Assembly: GCA_032718475.1 (NCBI GenBank)
Contig: JAUCBJ010007204.1
Span: 1-64,000 of the forward strand
Length of the DNA: 64,000 bases
Reading direction: 5' to 3'
Source of the DNA: Nemertoderma westbladi
Taxonomy: Eukaryota; Animalia; Xenacoelomorpha
Below are positions 34,320 to 45,645 of this stretch, one piece after another (position 1 is the stretch's first letter; each line of letters starts with the position of its first letter). The notes beneath the pieces were generated by a model. It searched no databases, was not told the DNA's origin, and saw only the letters and a program-made list of their open reading frames with translations. The position numbers and the translations under genes were made by a program.

Positions 34320-34322
34320 TAG
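30723..34322 (+). CDS. gag: BEL/Pao-type Gag of element B (1199 aa), ending just before the protease
   Basis: Collinear paralogue of 14554-18160 with all three Cys/His knuckles; the stop codon arises at the truncation junction. Confidence 0.85.
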   Translation: MSDTKQNLSDSLLDTTICDPDKSVERVRPKFNSPPTVRKIIPPVVVSDPRLVQHRRSIIGTRAQVKRDQEAAEQRQHSSRELISQRPDSSSSEDTVELTPEHGAKMTDAVYSDPLLILPAAVLTRVLIAVEEHQIDWARSKRSTKDSYAGYTREELKSIVESQWNFPGPGLPFDLSEAAWEDIHRMGVTKETSDPAVWKRSAAGYVQGFFSSMERLEEQLFRQPQGPQEQGELLYQVRERILRIRLILSAFEEASKRRQDTSLQVAVKTWLQRVSLQVQRTAPWKSQLAERSTLGESTDATFSQVESEATAEKPHKRDVIDIYLSDYQRFVGDEELRRRLDGLSPNSEGAKLVLDAIDADMRAANQAKFDERLRIARVQEEQVKKKRIEDRKTAAVAAAVAAAEAERKAAEVEAERKAAEIETERKAAEVEAERKAAEIEAERKAAVAAAEAERRASEEIAQLDLENIQENQDCINKQLTASQMQMMSRSTPKRQGYTSSEEGDTTDTEGGGNRSRLSRRRRISHRQKLPDLSPAVRRQLTNTNLGSTEPTDQIIKIEKLPTIVDEPEIIRPVLKATPSVIETPVLPEPTSKFPLHSTKLPVPHRTTLENVHVLDSERNINDLSPVVPRPPATTLAPPASAVEWVDEGRREMGLLLGQLREHRSRSSQQVQEMEGIVQQLKGTIRESRLELQEVQQSITLERDKLVNTQKGIPPPPVTICQPVRSEVFHAQGVEPTRIYTASEVETPIVNPIKGNYKPVDNDIPYRLDNNPRNLYTDNSILNNTMPQESFTRQMARTEARQAVKVGEIVKFNGDEMKWLPFNEYYKDNIQNSVLSNGEKLRFLIECLEGSPKLMALKFIGHPDGLRQVWDTLNIRYGNRNNIARYLYAKLVAPRKFISSGIIEFSDEIQEICRQLDWLGKSHEYQSSMVIGAVASTLPKGGVGTRWDKKVLYMMEQQRRDPTMADLMSFLDGEVKLQLLKQSREKTPENKVSEKPVSRRKVTPVCYTDDGESQASQGEDSGKDTERSYVNKTPKDVSKFRSRTNDRREQVRKTPPTSPKRIQVRKPEERTSVHNVTQNKVSNIKPKCALCDGPHRLNVCDEFLKKSLTDRREVIWDKRLCYNCLRQGHQRRTCYSDARCAKCGAKHHILLHTEFERNSPSQVSESELHVQFSDVNDTDQSSEMEGFYTDEFSDEDESCY

Positions 34323-36322
34323 ACTATACTTGTTACACTGTGTTATACTGTTACTATACTTGTACTAAAAAGAATGTGCTATGCCGGGTTACGTACGGCA
34401 GGCGCAGAGACAATTATAGAGACCTATAAACAGAGATGCTTCGTCGGTGCCGTCGTCATAGCATCGCCTAGATAAATTACATCACTGCACCAGCACTGCC
34501 TGGCTCCAGGCTACTCTGCTGTACTGCACTATCATAACACACCAAACTGCCGAACAATTGTATTGTTTGTTGGTTTGAGCATATTTGAATTTACCTCTCT
34601 TTTATAAAGGCTCTAGTTCAATTCATTCACTAGTTGCTATGCAAAAATTTACCCTACCTACGCGAAACTGCATTCCATTAGGTTACGAGTAGGCTACACG
34701 AACGCGGAAAAGTCAAACCAGGAAGTGATGAATTATGGTGTTCTACAAGTAAAGGCCCAGCTAACATTTCAGGCACCTTAATAACTGAAGGCTGACTATG
34801 AGAGGTGCTTAGGCTGTTAGGGCTGGCTTTCTATTACTTCAGTACTTACTTTGATCACTTACAGACTTATACAGTTATAGGAATAGGCCTAGGTAAATTT
34901 ATAGCAATAAGCAATATACAGATATAAAACCTATAGTCAATTTGCAATCAATAAGCGAATAAGGTAATAATACTGCAGTACTGCAGTACTGTACAGCTGT
35001 ATGTAATAATGCTTTTGAAATAGGCCTACTCTACTGCGTTGCGGACTGCAATTCTAATTTACCGGTCATCAAATTTGCGACGTGCAGTAAACCCTGCACA
35101 TTGACCTGACCTGAAGATTTCGCTAAGGTTTGTGATTGATTACGGCAAAAAAGGGTCAGGTTGTATCCGAGGCCGACCAAACCTAATACCGACTCCTACG
35201 CCGAGACAGGGGGACTCGACAGGGGAGGGGAACTCGACGCAAAACCCGCCTTGGCGAATTAATATCCCGCGTCAATGTTCAATTCTCAATTTAGGGAAAG
35301 GAGCAGGTTACAGTGGCACGTTATTTAAACCAAAACAATAAACTAAACACTATGGGATGCGCGGGATGAGGATGAGCGGAATAATTCGTTTGCCAATTTG
35401 ACTCTCCATAAATTAGGCCTACAATGGAACTACTGGTTGTCGATGGACATTTAAAATCCTTTGGTCGGCGGACTTTCTCGAAAGGGTGCCTCGTTTTATT
35501 AAAGATCAACGATTACTTGCGAACTGAAGTTTGAATTGAAGTTGAAAATACTGACGATATATTGTAGTGTTATAGCTTTTATGCTCTGGCATATTAGTTT
35601 ATTGCGTTATTTTTCACTTTATAGTAGTAAATATATTTCTGTGCATTTATTATGGTGCATTTGTTTGATATCCTTACTATTTCCCTAAAGGTATCTTGAA
35701 TTATTACCAGAATTATTACCTTAGAATTATTAAATATATTAAATACCTTCCAAGGGGCAAATTGTTCGCATATGTTATAAACTATATATAAGCTATATAT
35801 GTTTTACTCCTCTCTAAAACGAATAGGTACCTCTCAATGTGTTTTCTCCCTAAAATTGAACAAACCACTGGTTTTCGGTACGTACGTTGTCATATCAGTA
35901 ACTCAGGATCTTATGTTTTATTAAACTTATCATTCGTTACTAACTTATAATATTTGGCTTACGGAATTGTAATTCATAACCATCTTTATATGAGCCAATG
36001 TAAAAGTCGGCCTTCAGTTTTTATGCTCATTTACATGAGTGCCTGGCCTTTACTTATAGTTATAGAACACCATATTGAAAATGGGTTTTAAGAAAATTAA
36101 CAGCTATATATTTCAATAAATGTATGTTATTGACAAATATATCGTGTATCGTGTAGGTCCAAACTTTACAAGTGTCGAATATTCAGGTAGTGGCTTTTAC
36201 TATCAGCAAATAAACTTTGTATAACAACCTCGGCCTTTATAGTTGTTATATACAGTTTGCTTCAGGTTTATATATCGTATGGGCCTACTGTATACCACCC
36301 CTTCTATTTAACTTAAAACAAT

Positions 36323-37366
36323 ATGACTATATTGAAACGATGCAATATGACTGACTATATTGAAACGATGAAGAAGATGATAAAATTATTGAAGATAAAA
36401 AGAAAATATACATTTTTTTTCCTATTATGTTTCTTAACCGCCGCCACATTTTATTTCTGGAATGGGAGAATAATTTGTGAAAACATAGCAAGTACAGAGG
36501 AACTTGTTCCTAATATAGTACATATCATTTGGTTAAACCAAGCTGAATTCCAATTCATCAACTATATATGTCTGGTCTCAGTTTATAAAAATATGAAACC
36601 GAAGGTAATTTATTTCCACACAAACAAGGGGCTTAATTTCACCGGAAGTAACGGTAATACACCGCCTTGGTTTACCAGAGCCAAGGAGGAGATTCCCATA
36701 ATAGTTGTCAAGGAAACTGTTGCCCCGGAGACTGTGTTTGGTATCCCTTTATCCAGCAACCCAAAGTTTCGTGTTTCGCACCAAACCGACGTGCTGAGAT
36801 TCCAAATACTCCGACAATACGGTGGAATCTACCTAGACGGCGATGTATTTGGCGTCCAGCCGATTAATGAATCTGTCCGTTGCTATGACTACAGTGCTGA
36901 TCGCGATGACTACTATTTCAATATGCTGGCATCTGGAGTTATTGTAGCCAAGAAAAATTCATCGTTTCTAAATATGGCGTCGGAAAGTTTTCGGAACTAT
37001 GACGGTGACTGTTGGGGGTGTGCTGCCATAGAAGAACCAGGGAAGATTTATGCCAGTTGTAAGCATTTGGTCAATGTGGTGGAAGATGGATTTATTTATC
37101 CCAAATGGAGGCAAGGTGGCCTCCAACTCTATGTGGACTATGATTGGTGGAGTGGTAGATACACAGTACATCTGTGGATGCGGCGGTGGAGTATATGGGA
37201 TAAAAATGAGCAAATTACCCAGGACAATGTGCATTGTGTGGATTCCGCATTAGGGGAGATTCTTCGATCGATTCATCGCGTTGATAAACTTTGTACTGAA
37301 GCGGAACGGCTCCGTTTGCTACCAGTTTACGTACGGAATCGCGATAAATACAGACGAGAAATGTAG
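36323..37366 (+). CDS. GT32 / DXD-motif glycosyltransferase (alpha-1,4-Gal/GlcNAc transferase-like), intronless, type II membrane protein
   Basis: Basic N-tail plus TM segment (YTFFFLLCFLTAATFYFW), VPNIVHIIW, HQTDVLRFQILRQYGGIYLDGDV. The true start may be a downstream Met. Confidence 0.88.
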   Translation: MTILKRCNMTDYIETMKKMIKLLKIKRKYTFFFLLCFLTAATFYFWNGRIICENIASTEELVPNIVHIIWLNQAEFQFINYICLVSVYKNMKPKVIYFHTNKGLNFTGSNGNTPPWFTRAKEEIPIIVVKETVAPETVFGIPLSSNPKFRVSHQTDVLRFQILRQYGGIYLDGDVFGVQPINESVRCYDYSADRDDYYFNMLASGVIVAKKNSSFLNMASESFRNYDGDCWGCAAIEEPGKIYASCKHLVNVVEDGFIYPKWRQGGLQLYVDYDWWSGRYTVHLWMRRWSIWDKNEQITQDNVHCVDSALGEILRSIHRVDKLCTEAERLRLLPVYVRNRDKYRREM

Positions 37367-38935
37367 AAATATAATCTTCCATAGTAAACCTGCTGTAAAC
37401 CACAGTAAACCTGGTTTCCTGAGGTCCGAGATGCCGAGATGCGTGATGATGTTGATACTCTTTCATTTACAGGAGGATATCCATCCAGTGCTATAAACTA
37501 TAACTAAGATAGACCCGGAAATAACTAAATTACTGTTATGTAATAATTATCGGTATATTATTCTGAAATTGGCATATTTTGCATTTAAAGTAACGTTTAG
37601 TAGAAGTAACATTTTTTTGTCGGACTCTTTATAATCCAATTTCCGATGAATATTTAAAGCATACGTACGCTTTTACTATAAAATTGCTTTTAGCCTTTAC
37701 TATTTTTCGAGGAAATGCGCATTACAAAGATGACTTACACATCTTGGGAGATTTCCAAATCATCCCTGACAGCTAATTGAATAGACACCCTTTGCGAATG
37801 CGGAAATATTCTGACGAACTTTGTAGGCTTCATCTTTGAAGGCAGATAGAATAAGTATTCAAGATGACCTACAGATCCACCCAGATAAGTTAACTATATA
37901 TATCATGATCAACATCTGGTTAGCGTAGCCCAAGGACAACTCTACCATTTGTAGTAGAGTTGTCCTTTGGTCTGCCATAATCGTTGTTTTGGTTTGACCA
38001 TATTGCTTAACAATAATACCAACATTGGTGGCTGCTTCGCTTCTGCTAACCTGTGTAACACCCTTTGAGCTTCATTTAAATGTCTCTCTAAAAATAATTT
38101 TTTTTATTGAAATGTACGGAGTCCCTAAAGGGACATGAGAATTTTTTTTTTTTTCGCTAACTCGTGCGAACGACTTACTAAGTCGTGCGAACGACTTAAC
38201 TAACGCGTGCGAACGACTTAGTAAGTCGTGCGAACGACTTACTATGTCGTGCGAACGACATACTAAGTCGTGCGAACGACTTACTAAGCGTGCGAACGAC
38301 ATACTAAGTCGTGCGAACGACTTAGCTAACGTCGTGCGAACGACTTAGTAAGTCGTGCGAACGACTTACTAAGTCGTGCGAACGACATTAACTAACGTCG
38401 TGCGAACGACTTAACTAACGCGTGCGAACGACTTACTAAGTCGTGCGAACGACATACTAAGTCGTGCGAACGACTTAACTAACGTCGTGCGAACGACTTA
38501 GTAACTCGTGCGAACGACTTACTAACTTTACTTTGATTGGCTAAATAATACTGGTAATAAAAGTACAACATTTTTAGCGGGATTTTCAATTCAATCTACA
38601 GCATTTGTTGATGACATTATTGGTTGAAAATATTATTATCAATGGCTGAACGCGCTCTGTTAATATCGACGTACTTTAACTTAGGCCGACAATACAACCG
38701 ACATATTGTAGCAAATTATAATATCTTTAACATATTAATTTTATTTTAACTTATTCAGTAAATAGCTGTATTATCTACGGTCAGCGCTGTTAGATAAGCT
38801 GATTATAGTGTCAGGTGTTGTTGCTGTGTTGCTAAGCAACATTCCCATCTCACTATTGTATCGAAAAGCTGTAGTCGAAATCTCAGGTTTTGGGGGGAGG
38901 TGAGATAGGTCCTACTATTTAGAGTATTGTACAAT

Positions 38936-39358
38936 CAGAGGCGTAGCGAGGGGGGGGGGGATGTTCCCCCGGGCGCACTCACCCGGGGGCGCTGAAATGC
39001 CAGGCAAATGTCAGGGTATTCTTGTAAAAATAAGACAAATCAGTGAAAATTCAGGGATTGTGATACAGTCAGTATACAGGACATGTGTCATAAGCGAAAA
39101 ATTTAAAAATTTTCTCTGCTTCGTTGCCTTTCAATATACAGTATTATAATTTCACTATATCAAACTTGTGTATAATAGATTTGATATAGTTATATACTTT
39201 TAGTAAACTGTTTTATAGATGTTTTTTTTAATGTTATATTCTGTTATATAATATTAAAAAAACCCACCATAAATGAAAAGTTAAAATTATTGAAGGGGGG
39301 GGGGGGGGCTATCTCAGCGTCATTTCCCTGGGCGCCAGAAGGGCTCGCTACGCCTCTG
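38936..39358. mobile_element. hAT-type MITE nested in the IS3EU-like element
   Basis: TIR CAGAGGCGTAGCGAG / CTCGCTACGCCTCTG with a perfect 8-bp TSD TGTACAAT (38928-38935, 39359-39366). Confidence 0.88.
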
Positions 39359-39491
39359 TGTACAATATTGTGACTCCGCCACAATATTCGATTTAAATAA
39401 AGTACGTACCCGTATTTCACTTTCAGGCACTCATTTCGTATTTCACTCAGTCGCTTACGCTCGTTCTTAATAAAATTTATTCGAATAAGTA

Positions 39492-39764
39492 ATGCGTAAC
39501 ATCCCTAATGAAACCAGTGGGTGCATTGATGGATATTCCCGGAAAATGATTTGGTTGAACGTGTATAACACCAACAATGACAGTAAATTTATCTGGGGCT
39601 ACTTCCTGGAAGCGATAACTGAGAACAAGGGTGCTCCGCGGATTGTTCGTGGGGATTTTGGAACAGAAAATGTTCGCGTTCGAGACTTTCAGAAGTTCAT
39701 CCGTAGAGATCACACTGACAATATGCAACAGACCTGTTACATCGATGGCGCAAGCACAGCTTAG
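39492..39764 (+). pseudogene. DDE integrase-core (IS3/IS481-like) transposase fragment
   Basis: GCIDGYSRKMIWL...NN...YFLEAI....G.PRIVRGDFGTEN carries the first two acidic residues of an rve-like core. Confidence 0.75.
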
Positions 39765-42700
39765 GATAATTTCATTATTTAGTTTTAAAGCAGATTAAAT
39801 CTGTCCGTATGTTAGGCCTAAGTTAAAGTACGTCGATATTAACAGAGCGCGTTCAGCCATTGATAATAATATTTTCAACCAATAATGCCATCAACAAATG
39901 CTGTAGATTGAATTGAAAATCCTGCTAAAAAGGTTGTACTTTTATTACCAGTATTATTTAGCCAATCAAAGTAAAGTTAGTAAGTCGTTCGCACGAGTTA
40001 CTAAGTCGTTCGCACGCGTTAGTTAAGTCGTTCGCACGACATAGTATGTCGTTCGCACGAGTTAGTTAAGTCGTTCGCACGAGTTACTAAGTCGTTCGCA
40101 CGCGTTAGTTAAGTCGTTCGCACGACATAGTATGTCGTTCGCACGAGTTAGTTAAGTCGTTCGCACGAGTTACTAAGTCGTTCGCACGCGTTAGTTAAGT
40201 CGTTCGCACGACTTAGTATGTCGTTCGCAAGAGTTAGTTAAGTCGTTCGCACGACTTAGTATGTCGTTCGCACGAGTTAGTTAAGTCGTTCGCACGAGTT
40301 ACTAAGTCGTTCGCACGCGTTAGTTAAGTCGTTCGCACGACATAGTATGTCGTTCGCACGAGTTAGTTAAGTCGTTCGCACGAGTTACTAAGTCGTTCGC
40401 ACGCGTTAGTTAAGTCGTTCGCACGACTTAGTATGTCGTTCGCAAGAGTTAGTTAAGTCGTTCGCACGACATAGTATGTCGTTCGCACGAGTTAGTTAAG
40501 TCGTTCGCACGAGTTACTAAGTCGTTCGCACGCGTTAGTTAAGTCGTTCGCACGACTTAGTATGTCGTTCGCAAGAGTTAGTTAAGTCGTTCGCACGACA
40601 TAGTATGTCGTTCGCACGAGTTAGTTAAGTCGTTCGCACGAGTTACTAAGTCGTTCGCACGCGTTAGTTAAGTCGTTCGCACGACTTAGTATGTCGTTCG
40701 CAAGAGTTAGTTAAGTCGTTCGCACGACATAGTATGTCGTTCGCACGCGTTAGTTAAGTCGTTCGCACGACATAGTATGTCGTTCGCACGAGTTAGTTAA
40801 GTCGTTCGCACGAGTTACTAAGTCGTTCGCACGCGTTAGTTAAGTCGTTCGCACGACTTAGTATGTCGTTCGCACGAGTTAGTTAAGTCGTTCGCACGAC
40901 TTAGTATGTCGTTCGCACGAGTTAGTTAAGTCGTTCGCACGACTTAGTATGTCGTTCGCAAGAGTTAGTTAAGTCGTTCGCACGACTTAGTATGTCGTTC
41001 GCACGAGTTAGTTAAGTCGTTCGCACGACTTAGTATGTCGTTCGCACGACTTAGTATGTCGTTCGCACGACTTAGTAAGTCGTTCGCACGAGTTAGTTAA
41101 GTCGTTCGCACGAGTTAGTAAGTCGTTCGCACGAGTTAGCAAAAAAAAATTTTTTTTCTCATGTCCCTTTAGGGGCTCCGTAGAAATGTCTATTACTCGA
41201 ACAATTTTACATGTGTGTTGAAACATTTTCTTATGTTGTTGCCCTAACATGTGCTACACAGGATGGAAAATTCCAGGGTAATATCTTTTATAGTTTTTGA
41301 TATTTTGTAGGGGAAAGGCGAATGCGAATAAATGCGATGATCCGAAATTGCCCCAAAAGTCCTTAGCCGCATTTGGCGTATGTGCCCAGATTAATGCTTA
41401 TAAGTTGTTTTGATTGGATTTGATTCAGGTCATTTGCTTATCGAGTTTTGGAATCTACATTCAATTCTGCACTAGATGGATCAATTCTGAAAATGAAATA
41501 AGAAAAAAAAATATTTCAAAATTTGGGCCCAAATTAGAAAAATATCGGACCGCCTTGGAAATTTCACCGAAAAGTGCACATTGCTTTTGATTGATTGCGA
41601 TTCAGGTCTTGGGACCGTGATTTTTGGAATCTTATGTCAAATTTTGCATTAAGATGAGGTGTTATATGAGAAAGTCCACAATTTTAATCTTAAGGGTGGT
41701 ACACGGTTTTTTGGAATATTTTACTTTTAGCTCTGTAAAATTGAAATGGGAGCTTTAAACGAATTAAAATTTTGTGAATGTGTGCCAGTTTGCCATTAAA
41801 TAGAGAAATGCAGTATATATATTTTTTTAATTATGAAATAACATTAATTAATTATTAACAATTTATTTTTGAATGGCTGCTTGCCCTTATGCTAAAAGTT
41901 GGCATGTTAATTCAGGTCAAGTAAGAGACATTGGATATCAGATAACTTTTTTTTTAATTTGAGAACCCCAAATGGCGGTGCTTTAAATTTTCATTTTTAT
42001 TTTTTCTAATTTTTATTCAAAAATCATTGAAAAAAAGGTAGAAAAAGTCTTCTGTTCGAAATTTCAGAAATCTTTCTGATATCCTTGTAGAGGTCATTGC
42101 GATAAACGCGATCAAATTTCAGCCGAAACGGTTTAGAAATACCGGGAAACGAGCATTTTTTGTAAAAATATTTATATTTTAAGAAAAACGCCGGTAAAGT
42201 CTGAAACTTCCCGCGCTAAAACTATCTGTTATTATGTAAGAATGTCGGTCAATTATATCTACTGTAGCAACAATAAGCACAAATCATGCTAAGGTTTTTG
42301 GTATGGGAGTTTTCCTGATTTAATTTCTGAGGTCAGTTTTCACTTTGAATGAAATCTAGTTTGTATGTCTATCGGTCTATCTGACTGTCCAACAGTCTGT
42401 TTGTCAAATATAATATATAGTCCAAAATATAATATAATATATATATAAAATATAATATATAGTACAAATATATCATAGGCTGTCGGTTATGTTTTGACGG
42501 GCAGACTGACAGGCATACAGACATAAACTATACGCCACACTTGAATACTGACATCGACAATGAAGTCACTGACCAAGGAAACCACCCCATATAGGATTTT
42601 TTTTATAATTTATATTTATTTTGTCTAGGAAATAAAGTGAAAACCTATGGTTTAATTCACATGAGCCTTTATTCTCCGTAATAGCGTCAAGCGTTTTAAT

Positions 42701-43416
42701 TTATTTTAATAAAATTCGGATATCTAAAGTACATAAAATGAAAATGTTACAAATTTAAAAAGTGATTTGAAAATTGAAAAGTGAAAATTAACTCGGAAAT
42801 TGAAAAGTGGATACTATGTTAATCAATATATATAATATAGGCAGGCAAACAGTCAGCCATTAGCCTCTACCGACCGTGCCAGTTTAACAGGGTACATAGG
42901 CCTATCTTGTTTAGTTAGGAGTGGAAGATGTGGGATTGCCATTATTACTGAAGGACTAGTGTGTCCTCCAAATTGTTCTGTGTAGACCTGTACTGTACTT
43001 CCTCTGTGTAACGCGGCGCACTACTGCACTATACCATACCGGTAATTAAAACTGTCAAGTAACCCTAACCACTGTATCGGCAACACCACTAGTACTAGTA
43101 GGATGTATTTTCGTTTCTCTCCAATGCAACCCCTAGCCCGCATGACAAGACAATATGGTATTTGTAAGGTCCAATGTTGTAATGTTGGCCGTCCAATCCA
43201 GTGTACAGTGACCCTGACCCAAGCTGACCTCATGGTCCAAGTAAACCCTGACTACGGTAATTGTCTATCCAATGTTTCTTTTACAATGATACGTTTGATA
43301 CCGCACCAGAGTAGGCCTACAGGAGTTATTTTTTTATTTGTATTTTGTATTTATCAATATGGATAAATATTATTTAAGGTATATCGTATTGTTGTACAAA
43401 CTATAACCTAAATAAA

Positions 43417-45645
43417 ATGGCCGAGAATAAATCAGACTTGTGGAGGTCGACTTGCGGAATACCTCCAGAATATATGCAAGCGATCGAAGAAAAATATTCC
43501 CAGTCAAATATCCCGATTGATGTGCGAAATTGGTTTTCAAACTTGTTGGAGAAGCAGTGCAATGATCTCAAGCAAGGCGATGACACCTCCACCGCAATGT
43601 TTGAATCATTAGTACAACAGGTGTATATACGAAGCTCGTGTGAGCCCGAGTACATCATTAAACATCATCTGCGAATTGGATTAGAAAGAATTCGAGAACA
43701 TCATACTGAAAGTCCTGCGAAATTCTATGAATTAATGACCTCTTGTCTTCAATTTGAAGAGGCGAAAGTCAGAGAATATCTCAGCAGCAACACTAATGTC
43801 CCCCTTGACATTGGGTATGATGATATGCATCTATTTAATGATTGTGTTACAAAAATAGAGCAAGCCCAATTAGTCTGTAGCCAATGCGCCAACAAGGTCC
43901 AAGACATTATGACAAACCATGAAGAATATGTGTTTTACAATGAAGCATTAATAAAAATAGAACATCAGGAACAAGTAATAATGGGAATGACTGATGTGGA
44001 GAGAAATAAAGAACATGTAAAAACCGTTTTCAGTAATATTCAATTAGAAAAGACACAAATTAAAACTAATTTGTCTCAATTAGGGAATTACCTATGCCAA
44101 ATAATATGGAGTGTGTACCAACGGTGGAAAAATGAGTTGATAATAAAATTGGAAGATTGTTTCAATTCAGTTTCAAGTGCAATAACTCGTTGGATCTTTG
44201 ACCACAACAAGGACAGCACTGCCACAATGATTGGTTCTGGCAACTGTATGGAGATAGTTCAGAAATGTTTTGTCAAACATTTCCAAACTTATATCGAATT
44301 TTCCAATGAATTGGAAAAAATGAGAATAGCGGATGATTTTATTCGGGAGGCTTTCCAAGATATTGATACTATGCCACTCATCTCTATAGATGGAATGTTA
44401 CGTCGGAGAGTCTCTGAACTGATTATTAAAATGGGAAATGCTTCGCTAATCGTGGAAGAGCAACCTAAACCAAGAGTTATTCGAACCGGTTCTAAATTCA
44501 ACGCCAGTGTGAGGTTGCTCCTTGGAAGTTATTTATCTAGCAACCCAGAACTTCCCAAAACTCGATGTTTTATTCTCACTGAGCCGGAAGTTGTCGAGTA
44601 TGCCAACAATGGCTTTTTAGAATCTGCAAAAAATTACAATCTACTAAACAACTCCGAGGTACAAATGGATTACAACGAATCAGAGTCTGCTATGATTGCA
44701 TCATTTAAAGGTTTAAACATTTCAAAAATTATTAGACCAAAAAAGGGATCTTCAGATGCCTCAGTCACTGAGGGGAAATTCTGTTTAGGATTTCAAGCGA
44801 CATTTCGTTTTGGCGAATTTGAATTTAAACCGACCTGTTTGTCTTTACCCTTTGTGATGACAGTTCACAATAACCAGGAAATCGATGGCCATGCCACTAT
44901 CTTCTGGGACGACTCATTCTCCACTCTGGGCCGTCGAGGATTCTCCACTCCAGATTCGGTAGCTTGGCCAGATATGGCTCGAGCTTTAAACCGAAAGTTT
45001 ATCCAGATTGGAGCGACACCCCTGAATGATTTCAAGATGGGCGAGTTGGGTTCCAGATTGTACAACACCTCGGTTGGTGGGGTGGGTTTGAGTGAACAGA
45101 ATATTTCCTGGATGCAATTTAATAAGTTGCCACTGCCAGGTAAGACATTCACATTCTGGCACTGGTTTTATGCCATAATTTCACTTTTGGATAAATTCCT
45201 ATTGAAGTTCTGGAATGATAAGCTGATATATGGATTTGTGTCAAAAGAATCCGCTGAGAAAATGTTAAGAGCTCATCCAGAGAACGGTTTGTTTCTGTTA
45301 CGGTTTTCCGAAGGGGCACTGGGAGGTTTAGCTGTAGCGTGGCTTTTTGAAGATGGAGAAGGAGGTTTTAAGATTGATCATGTCAACCCTTTTTTTGCTA
45401 ATGATTTCATTCAAAAATCTATTCTGCCTTTACCTGAAATTTTAAAGGATTTAGATCTTCTGCGGACCTTGTATGTGGATGAAAGCAGCTCTATTCCGAA
45501 AATTCTAGCGTTTAGTGAGTATAACAAACCATGTCTCTCTCATACACCAACTGTTGGCGGTTACACCAGGTGGTCCCTTCATGTTAAAATGGAAACTGAT
45601 TCCCAAACTTCCAATGAACCACTTGGCGAAACTGTTGGAATGTAA
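43417..45645 (+). CDS. STAT: STAT-family transcription factor (742 aa), encoded in a single ORF
   Basis: N-domain (PIDVRNWFSNLLEKQ), coiled coil, DNA-binding domain (VEEQP..VIRTGSKFNASVRLL; SVTEGKF; SLPFVMTVHNNQ...ATIFWD), linker (TFTFWHWF), SH2 (GFVSK...GLFLLRFSE) and a C-terminal GY (Y716). Confidence 0.93.
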   Translation: MAENKSDLWRSTCGIPPEYMQAIEEKYSQSNIPIDVRNWFSNLLEKQCNDLKQGDDTSTAMFESLVQQVYIRSSCEPEYIIKHHLRIGLERIREHHTESPAKFYELMTSCLQFEEAKVREYLSSNTNVPLDIGYDDMHLFNDCVTKIEQAQLVCSQCANKVQDIMTNHEEYVFYNEALIKIEHQEQVIMGMTDVERNKEHVKTVFSNIQLEKTQIKTNLSQLGNYLCQIIWSVYQRWKNELIIKLEDCFNSVSSAITRWIFDHNKDSTATMIGSGNCMEIVQKCFVKHFQTYIEFSNELEKMRIADDFIREAFQDIDTMPLISIDGMLRRRVSELIIKMGNASLIVEEQPKPRVIRTGSKFNASVRLLLGSYLSSNPELPKTRCFILTEPEVVEYANNGFLESAKNYNLLNNSEVQMDYNESESAMIASFKGLNISKIIRPKKGSSDASVTEGKFCLGFQATFRFGEFEFKPTCLSLPFVMTVHNNQEIDGHATIFWDDSFSTLGRRGFSTPDSVAWPDMARALNRKFIQIGATPLNDFKMGELGSRLYNTSVGGVGLSEQNISWMQFNKLPLPGKTFTFWHWFYAIISLLDKFLLKFWNDKLIYGFVSKESAEKMLRAHPENGLFLLRFSEGALGGLAVAWLFEDGEGGFKIDHVNPFFANDFIQKSILPLPEILKDLDLLRTLYVDESSSIPKILAFSEYNKPCLSHTPTVGGYTRWSLHVKMETDSQTSNEPLGETVGM

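Larger units (their letters stand above)
38115..41182. mobile_element. Non-autonomous IS3EU-like DNA transposon with long, subrepeat-rich TIRs
   Basis: Termini TACGGAG...CTCCGTA with a 6-bp TSD GAAATG (38109-38114, 41183-41188). Inverted arrays of a ~21-bp unit (AGTCGTGCGAACGACTTACTA) plus ~170 bp of further inverted sequence, and an internal integrase-core fragment. Confidence 0.8.

Noticed and set aside
38150-41140. CRISPR-like appearance of the palindromic ~21-bp repeats
   Set aside because: There are no unique spacers or cas genes, the context is eukaryotic, and the arrays are the inverted TIRs of a transposon.
41690-42620. Possible TTAA-flanked (Kolobok/piggyBac-like) element and a degenerate palindrome at ~42300-42600
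   Set aside because: No matching second terminus or TSD was found; too degenerate to call.
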